A stretch of 64,000 bases of DNA from a virus (lineage: Duplodnaviria; Heunggongvirae; Uroviricota; Caudoviricetes): the IMG/VR virus record IMGVR_UViG_2974603165_000001, positions 66,589 through 130,588 of that record; one strand, written 5' to 3'. Shown in pieces: positions 17,172-26,307 of this stretch. The notes under the pieces were generated by a model, which ran no database searches, was not told where the DNA came from, and saw only the letters and a list, made by a program, of their open reading frames with translations. Every line of letters begins with the position of its first letter. Position 1 is the stretch's first letter. A program made the position numbers and the translations under genes.

Positions 17172-17247
17172 TGGTGGGGCGTATAGGGCTTGAACCTATG
17201 ACCTACGGATTAAGAGTCCGCCGCTCTACCGACTGAGCTAACACCCC
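17172..17247 (-). tRNA. tRNA-Lys (CTT)
   Basis: anticodon stem GCGGA/TCCGT loop CTCTTAA, T-arm ATAGG-TTCAAGC-CCTAT, CCA. Confidence 0.85.
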
Positions 17248-17254
17248 GAAATTT

Positions 17255-17584
17255 TTATTTCTTCTTCTTGGAAGAAGTCGCTGGAGCAGTTTTCACTACT
17301 TCACGCACTTTAGCGCCACGCTCACGCTTGGTCTTACCTGTGCGGATGCGATATGAGGCCGGGATAACCTGACCACCTTCTACGCTGGATTTCGATTCGT
17401 ACACGAAAACAACGTTACCATCTTCGTCACGCGCTTTCTTGCGGACTGAAACGGTCTTCACCGTACCACCGAGACGAACGTCTTTCGCCGGGGAATGAGT
17501 CTGAGTCGATTTCGACTCGTACTGGAAAGGCTGCTTGATTGCGTCAATTGCAGATACTTTCTTCGCGGTGTTTTTCTTAGCCAT
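17255..17584 (-). CDS. hypothetical highly basic protein (possible nucleic-acid binding)
   Basis: 109 aa, Lys/Arg-rich with KKKK C-terminus; AGAGGAG RBS. Confidence 0.5.
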   Translation of the reverse strand: MAKKNTAKKVSAIDAIKQPFQYESKSTQTHSPAKDVRLGGTVKTVSVRKKARDEDGNVVFVYESKSSVEGGQVIPASYRIRTGKTKRERGAKVREVVKTAPATSSKKKK

Positions 17585-17701
17585 TTTCGTTCTCCTCTGT
17601 GGATTAATTTTCCAGCCTTCTTGCTGGTCTCTGTCTCAACGATGCTCATACTAATCTGTTAGCGTTGCATTGTCAAACTGTTTTTAAAAACTTTTTCGTC
17701 T

Positions 17702-17777
17702 TGGTCGTGCAGGGTGGACTTGAACCACCGACCATCACCTTATGAAGGTGCTGCTCTACCGTCTGAGCTACTGCACG
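17702..17777 (-). tRNA. tRNA-Met (CAT), elongator-type (C1-G72 paired)
   Basis: anticodon stem GCACC/GGTGA loop TTCATAA, T-arm GGTGG-TTCAAGT-CCACC, CCA. Confidence 0.85.
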
Positions 17778-17938
17778 TTTCGTTTCGATGGAGTGAAGAT
17801 TACAGATTCATGCTTCCTTTGTCAACACCCCATTTTAAATTATTTTCAGCCTTCGCCGAATCCTGATGAAATCAGGTCTGGACGTTCATCGAAGAAGTCC
17901 ACATCTTCCGCCTGGCGGATTATCAGTTCAGTTGACAT

Positions 17939-18108
17939 CAGCCTTCTCCATATCCGATTTCGTTAGCACCGGATTCAATGCAACCGGATTCCAGGCATCC
18001 TGCTTGTAGTCCTGATGTGATCTGAGCACAAAGCACCTTCACACGTCCTACGCAGGCTTCCATCTCGTCAAGAAGACGAGTCACTTCTGCATGGTTATAG
18101 TTTCGCAT
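17939..18108 (-). CDS. hypothetical small Cys-rich protein (56 aa)
   Basis: ATG 18108 with AAGGAGAAAGCT RBS; below ORF-track cutoff. Confidence 0.35.
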
Positions 18109-18129
18109 AGCTTTCTCCTTTAGGGTTGT

Positions 18130-18384
18130 TTACGCAAGCCTGATAATTCGGATAGCATACTTGATCGTTCGGTTCCCGTCCACGGGGTAGAAATAGTATA
18201 GTCCACCTTCTTCACCGAAGGAGGCAACATATTTCCAGTTTTCAAGGTTAAAGCCAGTGTGGTCAAAAGCGATATCATTCGCTTCCTCAAGGGCGTCATC
18301 CAGGGTTTTGTGGGCCGATTCGTGCTCAAGGTATTCTCCATTATCAGTGGTGTCAGATTTGTATACGAGTTTTAATTTAAACAT
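18130..18384 (-). CDS. hypothetical protein
   Basis: 84-aa ORF in co-oriented gene string. Confidence 0.45.
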   Translation of the reverse strand: MFKLKLVYKSDTTDNGEYLEHESAHKTLDDALEEANDIAFDHTGFNLENWKYVASFGEEGGLYYFYPVDGNRTIKYAIRIIRLA

Positions 18385-18464
18385 ATGTCCTACCGTTAAG
18401 TTTGTTAAGTTATTGAAATTATTTTCAGTAACTCGATCTTATCAGCGGACACATGTTTTGTCAA

Positions 18465-18731
18465 TCAAGCAATGCCGGAAGCATTGACACCACGGTCATA
18501 CTCTGCTAACGACAAAGACCGGATACGATCACGGAACTCTTCATCCGTCTCGTGTTGAGGGTCTGGAAGGCCGTCATCAAAAGGTATTCCGAAATATTCA
18601 TTCAACCCTTCTTCGGTATCTGGTTCCCAGGCTTTCTTCTGGTCGGTATGAACCGATGCACGATTGAAATCGTTTTTGGCTACCCAGTTACGACTCATCC
18701 CTTTCCTCCAAGTCGATATTGCCAGTTTCAT
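18465..18731 (-). CDS. hypothetical protein
   Basis: 88-aa ORF. Confidence 0.45.
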   Translation of the reverse strand: MKLAISTWRKGMSRNWVAKNDFNRASVHTDQKKAWEPDTEEGLNEYFGIPFDDGLPDPQHETDEEFRDRIRSLSLAEYDRGVNASGIA

Positions 18732-18879
18732 TGTTGCGCCACTTAGTCACGCCTTTCTCAGCGATCATTGAGTGCTTGCAATCGAAGTCGATGATGCAAA
18801 CGCCAGGGCCATGACAAACAAGGTCTGCCTCGAACTCCGCTTTGCACACTTTACATTCCATCATCACAGGGCCAAACAT
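18688..18879 (-). CDS. small zinc-finger-like protein
   Basis: 63 aa with CKVCK...CHGPGVC...CKH cysteine cluster; AGGAGAAGAAAA RBS. Confidence 0.45.
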   Translation of the reverse strand: MFGPVMMECKVCKAEFEADLVCHGPGVCIIDFDCKHSMIAEKGVTKWRNNETGNIDLEERDES

Positions 18880-18888
18880 TTTTCTTCT

Positions 18889-18914
18889 CCTATAAGAAAA
18901 GCCCCTTTCGGGGC
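18889..18914 (-). terminator. rho-independent terminator downstream of nadV
   Basis: AGCCCC-TTTC-GGGGCT hairpin followed by TTTCTTAT on minus strand. Confidence 0.6.
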
Positions 18915-18928
18915 TTAAAGTATTGATT

Positions 18929-20650
18929 TTATTCGTGATTCGCTTTGAGTAAGCGGTCGCGAATGTCTGTCAACGTCACCTTGTTGAACAGCTTACCGTT
19001 TCGGAAAATAATTTGCAATTCATTATCTTCCGCTTCGATGTCTGCAAGGCTCAAACCGTCAACCAGTTTGAAGATTCCATCTGCTCCAGTGACAACTTTC
19101 AGGAAGCCGTTAGCAGATTTTTTCTTCATGTCGGTCTTCGGTTCTTTGGTAACCAGAATCTCGTCACCGCCGATGATTGAGCCAGTCGCCTTACACGCAA
19201 AGCCCAAGCTGTCGCGAGTGCTGTAGTTGTAAGTGTAAGAACCGACACCAAACACGATGTTGCTCGAAGCATAACCTTTATCTTTCAGGCGTTGCATGAT
19301 GTTACGAGCACGGTCAACAGTGATGCTGTCGCCGTAGATCAGGCCGATATGTGAATCCAGCACTTTGTAGCCTAAGCTGTTCACAGAACCGCCGAAGATG
19401 TCCCACAGACACTCGATGGTGCCGTGTACGATGTGATCCGGTACGAACTGGTCTTCACGGAAATCTTTTTCAGTCAATTTCGCAAAGTGGTAACGAACCG
19501 GAGTATCGTCGCAAGGGATTGCGTCGTACATCGCTTCACGACTAACAAACTTGCCGCCTGGCAACTGAACCATCTCTGCATTGATACCGGAGAACTTATC
19601 CAGCGTAGTCCAGGTATAACCCGCAACGATACGCACCGGGTCACCAGAGTCTGGACGGATTACCAGTTTACCTTCACGGGCCATGATCTCATCTTTCAGT
19701 TCCGGCAGCATTGCCAGGATAACAGCCCAGTAGTCGTAGCTGTCAGAAACATAAGAACAGAAACCGTTCGGGTAAATATCGGTTGCGTATTTCTCCAGGA
19801 AAATCATTTCCGCAGCGTAACGCAGTTCATCCAGTGTCGCATCTTTGTATTCTTCGTTTTTCAGAAGATTTTTGATGATTGCACCGATGTTGGTGGTCGC
19901 AACGCTGTGCTCCGATGCTGGAATTGAACCTGCAACGAATTTATGCTCCATGCCGTAGTAACGACGTGCATAGCGAATCGCCGGGATGGTGTCAGTGCCG
20001 TAGAACGAAGTCAGGTGACCGAAACCGTTTTTGTATGCGTCAGCGATGCCGCTCAGACCACGGAAGCTGAAATCGTGGCACTGGAACATCAAGTGATCAG
20101 CAGTATCACACGTTTCATCACTGAAACCTTTGCACAGTTTGAAATACTGATACGCAATGGTCGCGTTGTTCATGACTTTCCAGGTCTCAGCCGACAGTGC
20201 GGTTTCGAAATAGTTTGTCAGCCAGAAGAAGCGCGGGTCAGTGTTGTGGATAGTGTACACTGGAACCTGTACAGGTGCCAATGAACCTTCCGGCAGTGAA
20301 CGCAGTTCTAACGGCAGATAACCCAAGTCATGCAGCGCTTCGATATGCTCCGTGCGGATTTTGTCTTCTGGGATGCCCAGAGACAGCCATAGTTCTTCAA
20401 CGTATTCGCCGATAACCTGAGCTTTCGGTTGTTTGAAGAATTGTTCGTCCCAGTATTCAACCAGGAAGTTAATCGCCACACCCTGTGTGCCAGCAACCAC
20501 TACACGGTGGTCGTCATCAGAAAAATGCGGGAACAGCTTGTCAGAACGCGGAGTGAAGTTTGAGAAAATCACTTCGGTCTTCTGATTGTACTGATCCGCA
20601 TGAGACGGTTTGTAGAAGTCGGTTGCGAAAAGCGGGTTCATCTTGATCAT
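18929..20650 (-). CDS. nadV: nicotinamide phosphoribosyltransferase (NadV/NAMPT)
   Basis: 573 aa with NAMPT-type motifs incl. VSDSYDYWAV; AAGGAGAAAAA RBS. Confidence 0.85.
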   Translation of the reverse strand: MIKMNPLFATDFYKPSHADQYNQKTEVIFSNFTPRSDKLFPHFSDDDHRVVVAGTQGVAINFLVEYWDEQFFKQPKAQVIGEYVEELWLSLGIPEDKIRTEHIEALHDLGYLPLELRSLPEGSLAPVQVPVYTIHNTDPRFFWLTNYFETALSAETWKVMNNATIAYQYFKLCKGFSDETCDTADHLMFQCHDFSFRGLSGIADAYKNGFGHLTSFYGTDTIPAIRYARRYYGMEHKFVAGSIPASEHSVATTNIGAIIKNLLKNEEYKDATLDELRYAAEMIFLEKYATDIYPNGFCSYVSDSYDYWAVILAMLPELKDEIMAREGKLVIRPDSGDPVRIVAGYTWTTLDKFSGINAEMVQLPGGKFVSREAMYDAIPCDDTPVRYHFAKLTEKDFREDQFVPDHIVHGTIECLWDIFGGSVNSLGYKVLDSHIGLIYGDSITVDRARNIMQRLKDKGYASSNIVFGVGSYTYNYSTRDSLGFACKATGSIIGGDEILVTKEPKTDMKKKSANGFLKVVTGADGIFKLVDGLSLADIEAEDNELQIIFRNGKLFNKVTLTDIRDRLLKANHE

Positions 20651-20728
20651 GAAATTTTTCTCCTTTGCAGTTTTGAATGGGGAGAATGTCTCCCCGATGT
20701 GAGTAGAATACTCTGTTTAAAGAGTCTG

Positions 20729-20887
20729 TCAACCCACTAAGTGGTAAATATTTGCAAAAACAATGGCTCCCCAGATTGTCATACCCAGGAAAATCATTTT
20801 AATTGCCAAATTCAGCAATCCGTCTTTCGACCAGATGCAGAACACGAAAGCCAGGCAGAGCAGGCTGAAAAGGGAGTACAAAGCCAT
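20729..20887 (-). CDS. small membrane protein (52 aa) between prs and nadV
   Basis: two hydrophobic helices; ATG overlaps prs stop (TAATG). Confidence 0.35.
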   Translation of the reverse strand: MALYSLFSLLCLAFVFCIWSKDGLLNLAIKMIFLGMTIWGAIVFANIYHLVG

Positions 20888-21723
20888 TAGAAGTTCTCCG
20901 TCCAGTCGTTGTAAGCGTGAACCTGGTCAATGCCGCTGTCCAACAGGAATTGTTTCCCGTTCGAGAAGATGCCATGAGTTACGTACAGGACAACCTTCGT
21001 TGCGCCTTTCTCTTTCAGAGCCGCTGCCAGCGGGATAAAGGTACGACCACCATCGCAGATATCGTCCACAATGATACACGGCTTACCCGCGACATCGCCA
21101 TAGACTTTGGTCTCGCTGATAGCGCCACCTTTGGTAACATCGCGGAACTTTGTAGCCTCTACGATTTCAAAACCGAAACGGTCAGCAATCTTTTTGGCTT
21201 TCTTGTGTGCGCCAGCATCTGGTGCCACAATCACCGGGGCAGAACCGAGGTTGTGTTTGATCACCTGACCGTTGCTGAAATATTCAGTGAACAGTTCGTG
21301 CTGGTGGAATACCACCGGACGCGGGGTGACGTTTTCCAGCAACCCTGGAGTAACATCGCTGTGCGGGTCTTCGATTTGGATTTCGTCGAATTTCAATGCA
21401 GCGACCTGGTTCATGAAGGCGTTCAGTGAATGCGCTTCACCCGGATTCATCACACGGTCTTGACGAGCGTATGGTACATACGGCAGGTGCAGAGTAAACA
21501 CAGAGCAGTGATCCAAATTATGGATGTGGCGGCAAGCGTTCGTCAGCACAACAAGACGCATGAAGTCCTGAGAGCTTTTGATTTTTGCTGTGATGTTCAC
21601 ATAAGCGACACGACCTTTCGGTGAAGACGCTTGGTCAATCACAACCTGTTCTTCTCCACCACGGAAGGTAGTGAATTTGACAGGCACTTCTAAGTTGTTC
21701 AGTTGCAGCGTTACGTTGTTCAT
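20887..21723 (-). CDS. prs: ribose-phosphate pyrophosphokinase (PRPP synthetase)
   Basis: 278 aa with PRPP-binding motif IVDDICDGGRT and Prs-like N-terminal domain. Confidence 0.8.
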   Translation of the reverse strand: MNNVTLQLNNLEVPVKFTTFRGGEEQVVIDQASSPKGRVAYVNITAKIKSSQDFMRLVVLTNACRHIHNLDHCSVFTLHLPYVPYARQDRVMNPGEAHSLNAFMNQVAALKFDEIQIEDPHSDVTPGLLENVTPRPVVFHQHELFTEYFSNGQVIKHNLGSAPVIVAPDAGAHKKAKKIADRFGFEIVEATKFRDVTKGGAISETKVYGDVAGKPCIIVDDICDGGRTFIPLAAALKEKGATKVVLYVTHGIFSNGKQFLLDSGIDQVHAYNDWTENF

Positions 21724-22043
21724 GAGTTTTCTCCTCTGTTCCAGTCATTCATTTTGTAGACTGTCTTGTTGTGACCCATTTTCGTTCGGGTCGTCTGTTT
21801 TGTCAACCACCCCAGCGATTCCAAACTCGATATGCACCGAGTTACTGTAGCACGAGATAGCCCCACCGCCTTTCCTATTGCGTCAAGGGATTCGTGATAT
21901 GTGTTCCCCTGACTCTTGAAGTAGTTGAACTGGTGTCGCATGTAGAGGTAGACGACCTTATCATTCGAGGAAGCATTGTCCACCATCAAGAACTTCAATT
22001 CGAAGTTCCCGTAGACGAACTTGCTTGCGTCGATGTAGTCCAT
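21720..22043 (-). CDS. HTH (winged-helix) transcriptional regulator
   Basis: 107 aa, helix-turn-helix LDAIGKAVGLSRATVTRCISSLESLGW; first gene of leftward block next to repeat-containing control region. Confidence 0.55.
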   Translation of the reverse strand: MDYIDASKFVYGNFELKFLMVDNASSNDKVVYLYMRHQFNYFKSQGNTYHESLDAIGKAVGLSRATVTRCISSLESLGWLTKQTTRTKMGHNKTVYKMNDWNRGENS

Positions 22044-22056
22044 CCGTTCTCCTTAT

Positions 22057-22096
22057 GCCTATGCTCAAATTGATACTAAGCCTATGCTCAAATTGA
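22057..22096. repeat. tandem direct repeats (2 x 17 bp GCCTATGCTCAAATTGA, 23-bp period) in divergent control region
   Basis: exact 17-bp repeat at 22057-22073 and 22080-22096, immediately upstream of the HTH regulator gene. Confidence 0.7.
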
Positions 22097-22233
22097 GCAC
22101 GTAAATAAACACTATACTAAATAAACAAAATATCTATAAAACAAAAAAGATCTTTTAATCATAGAGTCGGTGTGTCCACCGGATGACGAGCAGTATCCAT
22201 GATGTGTTTTTTGTTGTCAATGGCTTTTTGTTG

Positions 22234-22261
22234 TTGATTTCTTTTCTGGGTCTGGTAGAAT
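22234..22261 (+). promoter_or_regulatory. candidate sigma70-type promoter for rightward block
   Basis: TTGATT - 16 nt - TAGAAT, about 27 nt upstream of RBS/ATG at 22288. Confidence 0.4.
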
Positions 22262-22287
22262 GCAACGCATCTTAACAAGGAGACCCC

Positions 22288-22575
22288 ATGAAAGAACGTA
22301 AAAAGCCTATGTCTGATGTTGAAGTTACTCGTCTTATGATGGTTCGTGAAGTGTTCCACGAGTGCATGAAGGATCAGCCAGTCTGTGTGGTGTTACCTGA
22401 TGGACGCTCCGAGGAGCAGATATTCGGTAACTATCTGCCATCGGTACGCCAGCGTATGCGTAGAAAGAATGTCACTGTAACAACCCTGGCCGGGTTGACA
22501 GTGGAACACATAGAGAGTAACGTATGTGTGGTAGATCTCAGTGAGATTGCTGTAACGCTCTCAGTCGAATCCTAA
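22288..22575 (+). CDS. hypothetical protein (first rightward gene)
   Basis: 95 aa, AAGGAGA RBS. Confidence 0.55.
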   Translation: MKERKKPMSDVEVTRLMMVREVFHECMKDQPVCVVLPDGRSEEQIFGNYLPSVRQRMRRKNVTVTTLAGLTVEHIESNVCVVDLSEIAVTLSVES

Positions 22576-22674
22576 GCGGTTTAACTGTGTGGTAATACAT
22601 TCGGGTGGGTACACCCATTACAACTCAACAGAGAGCCGCTCAGAGGCTCCTGTGCCTATTGTGGAGGAGAACTC

Positions 22675-22971
22675 ATGAACGTTCGTCTGTTGGCAGATGA
22701 AAACTCAGTTTTCAAGGGTGCATATGCACGTTTGTTGGAACTGATCAGAGAAGCGGAGGAACGCTTCGATGAGAAACTGTATGTGGATACAATGACTGGT
22801 TCAGGCAAGACCTGGCTGAATGTCAATGTGTTCTTACATGGTGACAGGAATGTCATTAACTGGGTGATCATCAAGATGGTTACTTGGCAAAACCGTAACG
22901 TAGCATCTTGGCAATCCAAGCTGTACGTGTACCCTGCGGAGGAAAGAAGTGAAAAGTACAACTACGGCTAA
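22675..22971 (+). CDS. hypothetical protein
   Basis: 98 aa, GGAGGAGAA RBS. Confidence 0.5.
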   Translation: MNVRLLADENSVFKGAYARLLELIREAEERFDEKLYVDTMTGSGKTWLNVNVFLHGDRNVINWVIIKMVTWQNRNVASWQSKLYVYPAEERSEKYNYG

Positions 22972-23326
22972 AAAGCCAGCAGCAAAGAAAAAGACGGCTG
23001 CGAAGAAGCCTGCCACCTTGAAGGTTGCAAAGCGTCAGGATATCAAAAAGCCCGTTACAGGAGCTTTCGATACCTCTGCGTTTGTGATCATGACTCCCAT
23101 CGAGGAGTTGGAGAAGGTGTTGGTAGACCGCCACGCGGAACTGGAAGACCTGTTGGAGTACAGAGTGCCGGATCATGAGCAGAAGAAAAGGATCAAGGAT
23201 CTTCTCTACTGGCTCGGTGTGTGGGAAATGGGACTTCCAGAGGCTAAACGTCGGAAGATGACCAGCGTCCCGATGAGCGCTCGTGAAAGGGCAGCTTTAG
23301 GATTTGTAAGAAAATCAACCAAATAG
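22949..23326 (+). CDS. Lys/Ala-rich histone H1-like DNA-binding protein
   Basis: N-terminal AKKPAAKKKTAAKKPATLKVAKR repeats, 125 aa. Confidence 0.5.
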   Translation: MKSTTTAKKPAAKKKTAAKKPATLKVAKRQDIKKPVTGAFDTSAFVIMTPIEELEKVLVDRHAELEDLLEYRVPDHEQKKRIKDLLYWLGVWEMGLPEAKRRKMTSVPMSARERAALGFVRKSTK

Positions 23327-23334
23327 GAGAACAA

Positions 23335-23907
23335 ATGATCCACATTACGTCGGATACTCACGACTCACACAAAAATATTCTGGGATTTGAATCCTGCGAC
23401 AAGTACCGCTACGACCTGTACGGGGACAAGAGTGACCCTGAAAGTGTGTTGCGGATGAATGCTGGGATCGTAAAGATCTGGAACAGCACCGTTAAACCAA
23501 CGGACACGGTATATCATCTGGGTGATGTCAGCCTTGCCTATGGAAAAAAGGCAGAGCCTGCACTGCGTCGGTTCCTCGACCAAGTGAATGGACATATCAT
23601 TCTGCTGCGTGGTAACCATGACCATAAGATGACGAAGAAAGTCTTCCTGGAGTATGGACACGAAGTTCGTGATTATGTGGAAACAGAAATCGAAGGCAAC
23701 AAAGTTGTCATGTCGCATTATCCGTTCGCTGTGTGGAACAAGTGCCACCACGGTTCTGTGATGCTTCACGGTCACAGTCATGGATCTTACACGGCACAGG
23801 GCCGTATCTTGGATGTGGGTTGGGATGTGCATGGTCGCGTACTGACCTTGAAGGAGGCGTATGACATCGCAATGTCCAAACCAATCGAGAAAACGGATCA
23901 CCACTAA
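23335..23907 (+). CDS. calcineurin-like metallophosphoesterase (candidate RNA end-healing 2',3'-phosphoesterase)
   Basis: metallophosphatase motifs DTHDSH, GDVS, GNHD, GHSH; sits in cassette with RNA ligase and polynucleotide kinase. Confidence 0.7.
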   Translation: MIHITSDTHDSHKNILGFESCDKYRYDLYGDKSDPESVLRMNAGIVKIWNSTVKPTDTVYHLGDVSLAYGKKAEPALRRFLDQVNGHIILLRGNHDHKMTKKVFLEYGHEVRDYVETEIEGNKVVMSHYPFAVWNKCHHGSVMLHGHSHGSYTAQGRILDVGWDVHGRVLTLKEAYDIAMSKPIEKTDHH

Positions 23908-24064
23908 GCCCGATATGGGGAATGTGGTGCATTTTCTGGAAGAGGCTTATTCTATGCTTGACATGGAAGACACCCACCAGTATGATGACCACCTCGAAAT
24001 GGCGCTGGCAAAGCAAGAAGCTATGCGCCTTATTAAAAATCTCTCATTACGGAGACAAAGATGA
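23861..24064 (+). CDS. hypothetical small protein
   Basis: 67-aa ORF overlapping end of upstream gene; weak. Confidence 0.3.
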   Translation: MTSQCPNQSRKRITTKPDMGNVVHFLEEAYSMLDMEDTHQYDDHLEMALAKQEAMRLIKNLSLRRQR

Positions 24065-24978
24065 CTAAATTTAACGTTGATGACCTGATCGAAGCTGGAC
24101 TTGTTCGTGCAAAGACCTATGTTGATGGGCCGTTCGATGGACTGCGAGTCTTCAAATATCATGGTCGTGTGTTCTGGGACAACATGTGGAAGCGTGACCC
24201 ACGCCTGCTGGAGTGCCGTGGTATTGTGGTGGATAGTGATGATAACGTCGTTCTCCACCCATTCACCAAAATCTTCAACCGTGGTGAGAACAAAACTGAT
24301 CTTGACCGCAACCGTGTTGTGATCGAAACCGTGAAAGTCAACGGCTTCATGGCTGGTGCGACGATCCACAACGGTAAGTGGCTGGTGTCAACTACCGGAA
24401 CTCTGGATTCGGATTACGCTCGTCTGGCTGAAAAGGTCATCAACTTCGACCAGAACAAGCGTTTGCTGAACAGCAAGACCTGGAACATGCTCGACTTGAT
24501 GTTCGAAATCTGCGACCCATCAGACCCTCATATCGTCCACGAAGAACCGGGTGCTTACCTGATCGGTGCTCGAATCAAGGATACGGGCCAGATGCTCTCA
24601 GAAAGCGCTCTGGACGGTTTATGCCTTCCAGGGTGGAAACGCCCAGCTTGGCGTAAATGTCTGTTCTCAGATACCGTACAGGCCGCTAAAACGTGCAAGC
24701 ACGAAGGATTCATCGTCCGCGATGCTGAGACTGGGGAATTGCTGCTGAAAATCAAGTCACCTCATTACCTGGCGAAGAAATTCCTCATGCGTGGTGGGAT
24801 TAAGAAGTGCGACCTGATTTGGGACGCGGATCGTGTGAAGAAGTCGGTAGACGAAGAATACTACCCGTTGATTGACTTCATCCGTGATAACTTTACCAAA
24901 GATCAGTGGCTGGCAATCGCAGAGCAGGATCGCCGTGTCCATATCGAAAAATTCTTAGAAGGAGCGAGTGATGGCTAA
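24061..24978 (+). CDS. ATP-dependent RNA ligase (covalent nucleotidyltransferase family)
   Basis: motif I KVNGF, motif IV EGFIVRD, motif V LLLKIKS in correct order and spacing. Confidence 0.6.
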   Translation: MTKFNVDDLIEAGLVRAKTYVDGPFDGLRVFKYHGRVFWDNMWKRDPRLLECRGIVVDSDDNVVLHPFTKIFNRGENKTDLDRNRVVIETVKVNGFMAGATIHNGKWLVSTTGTLDSDYARLAEKVINFDQNKRLLNSKTWNMLDLMFEICDPSDPHIVHEEPGAYLIGARIKDTGQMLSESALDGLCLPGWKRPAWRKCLFSDTVQAAKTCKHEGFIVRDAETGELLLKIKSPHYLAKKFLMRGGIKKCDLIWDADRVKKSVDEEYYPLIDFIRDNFTKDQWLAIAEQDRRVHIEKFLEGASDG

Positions 24979-25381
24979 AAAGTTATACATCGTCCGTGGA
25001 TGCTCAGGTTCTGGCAAGTCAACGCTTGCCAAAGAGCTTGAAGAAGCACTGCATGGCTACCATATCGAAGCTGATATGTACATGTACAATGCAGACGGTG
25101 TGTATGATTGGCAGGCAAGTAAGCTGAAACATGCCCATAACTGGGTGTATCAGATGCTGAAAAAGTCAATGGAGGCTGGTGTTGGGCCGTTAATTCTGTC
25201 CGATACCAATGTCAAACAGCGTGATTTGCAGACCTATTTAGACCTGGCTGCTGAATATGACTACCGGATCACTTCTTTGGTGGTCGAAAACCGTCACGGT
25301 AATAGCTCTTTGCATGATGTGCCGGATAAAACCATGCGTCGGCAAGAGTCAGCACTGCGCCAGTCGCTGAAACTGGTGTGA
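24968..25381 (+). CDS. polynucleotide 5'-kinase (T4 Pnk kinase-domain-like, no phosphatase domain)
   Basis: Walker A GCSGSGKST and ILSDTNVKQRDL segment resembling T4 Pnk GCPGSGKST / ISDTNLNPERR. Confidence 0.65.
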   Translation: MMAKKLYIVRGCSGSGKSTLAKELEEALHGYHIEADMYMYNADGVYDWQASKLKHAHNWVYQMLKKSMEAGVGPLILSDTNVKQRDLQTYLDLAAEYDYRITSLVVENRHGNSSLHDVPDKTMRRQESALRQSLKLV

Positions 25382-25384
25382 ATT

Positions 25385-25870
25385 ATGTGGTCACCTGTCA
25401 ATGATGGCTTTGACCACATCAACATCTACACGAAAGGGCAGACCTCTCTGGGTAGAGCACTGACAAATCTATATGACCGTCAATTCACGGTTCCCGGTTA
25501 TGGAGTCTTCCAGAGCATGGAAGGCTTCTGGTATTACTACCTGACCGGATGTCAGTTCCCCGAGTTCCTCACAATGAAGGGGTTTGCTGCCAAAAAGGAA
25601 GGAAAGAAGAAACGTGATGACCGGATCGACAAAGAAGGGTTGACAGAAGAGCAGAAAGCTGTCATTCTGGAGGCTATCCGATGCAAGCTGAGACAGAACA
25701 AGGACATCTTAATGGAGTTGGCCCGATCTGACTTACCTTTTGCTCACTATTACTTCTACGGACAACCTGACAATGCTAAAGTCATTGAGCTTCCACAATA
25801 CGATTGGATGATTAATGAGTTTGAAAGGCTCCGTACCCTACTAAAGGAGAACAACTATGGCGTTCGATAG
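25385..25870 (+). CDS. hypothetical protein
   Basis: 161 aa; no confident motif. Confidence 0.5.
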   Translation: MWSPVNDGFDHINIYTKGQTSLGRALTNLYDRQFTVPGYGVFQSMEGFWYYYLTGCQFPEFLTMKGFAAKKEGKKKRDDRIDKEGLTEEQKAVILEAIRCKLRQNKDILMELARSDLPFAHYYFYGQPDNAKVIELPQYDWMINEFERLRTLLKENNYGVR

Positions 25871-26072
25871 CGGACTGAGTGACGCAGGAAAGGCATACAT
25901 TGGTGAGAATCCACCTTTGCTGTCCTTGCTGTATGATGTAAACTGCCTCCCGGAGGTGGTTGTGACTGTTCAGAACCCGGCACGACGTGTTACCATGCTG
26001 ACAGCAGTGGTTGCATATGCCCTGGGCAAGGGTCATGAGAACCCAAATTCGCTTCTTAAACCTATTGAGTAA
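25857..26072 (+). CDS. hypothetical protein
   Basis: 71 aa. Confidence 0.4.
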   Translation: MAFDSGLSDAGKAYIGENPPLLSLLYDVNCLPEVVVTVQNPARRVTMLTAVVAYALGKGHENPNSLLKPIE

Positions 26073-26082
26073 GGAGAAAACT

Positions 26083-26307
26083 ATGAAAAAGAGCATCAAC
26101 ATGGCTGCAATGAAGGCAACCATCGAAGCATTTGAGCGTGGAGAGTTGAGCGAGTCCGCTGCGACAGCAAAACTACTCAGTGAAACGCGTACTTTCCTGA
26201 AAGGTGTCCGCTCTCAAAGCAATCTTATGGACATTCGTCCGTTCGAAAGCCGTATGGGACACGCTAAAGCGTTCCGTGGTCGCAAAACTGCCCGCGAGGT
26301 AGTGTAA
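26083..26307 (+). CDS. hypothetical protein
   Basis: start at ATG 26083 with TAAGGAGAAAA RBS; 74 aa. Confidence 0.45.
   Translation: MKKSINMAAMKATIEAFERGELSESAATAKLLSETRTFLKGVRSQSNLMDIRPFESRMGHAKAFRGRKTAREVV

Noticed and set aside
25385-25870. Possible NADAR/YbiA-like ADP-ribose-processing domain
   Set aside because: Only a weak F-x-S-x-E resemblance; the diagnostic EHYFQ and D..WG.G motifs are absent, so left as hypothetical.
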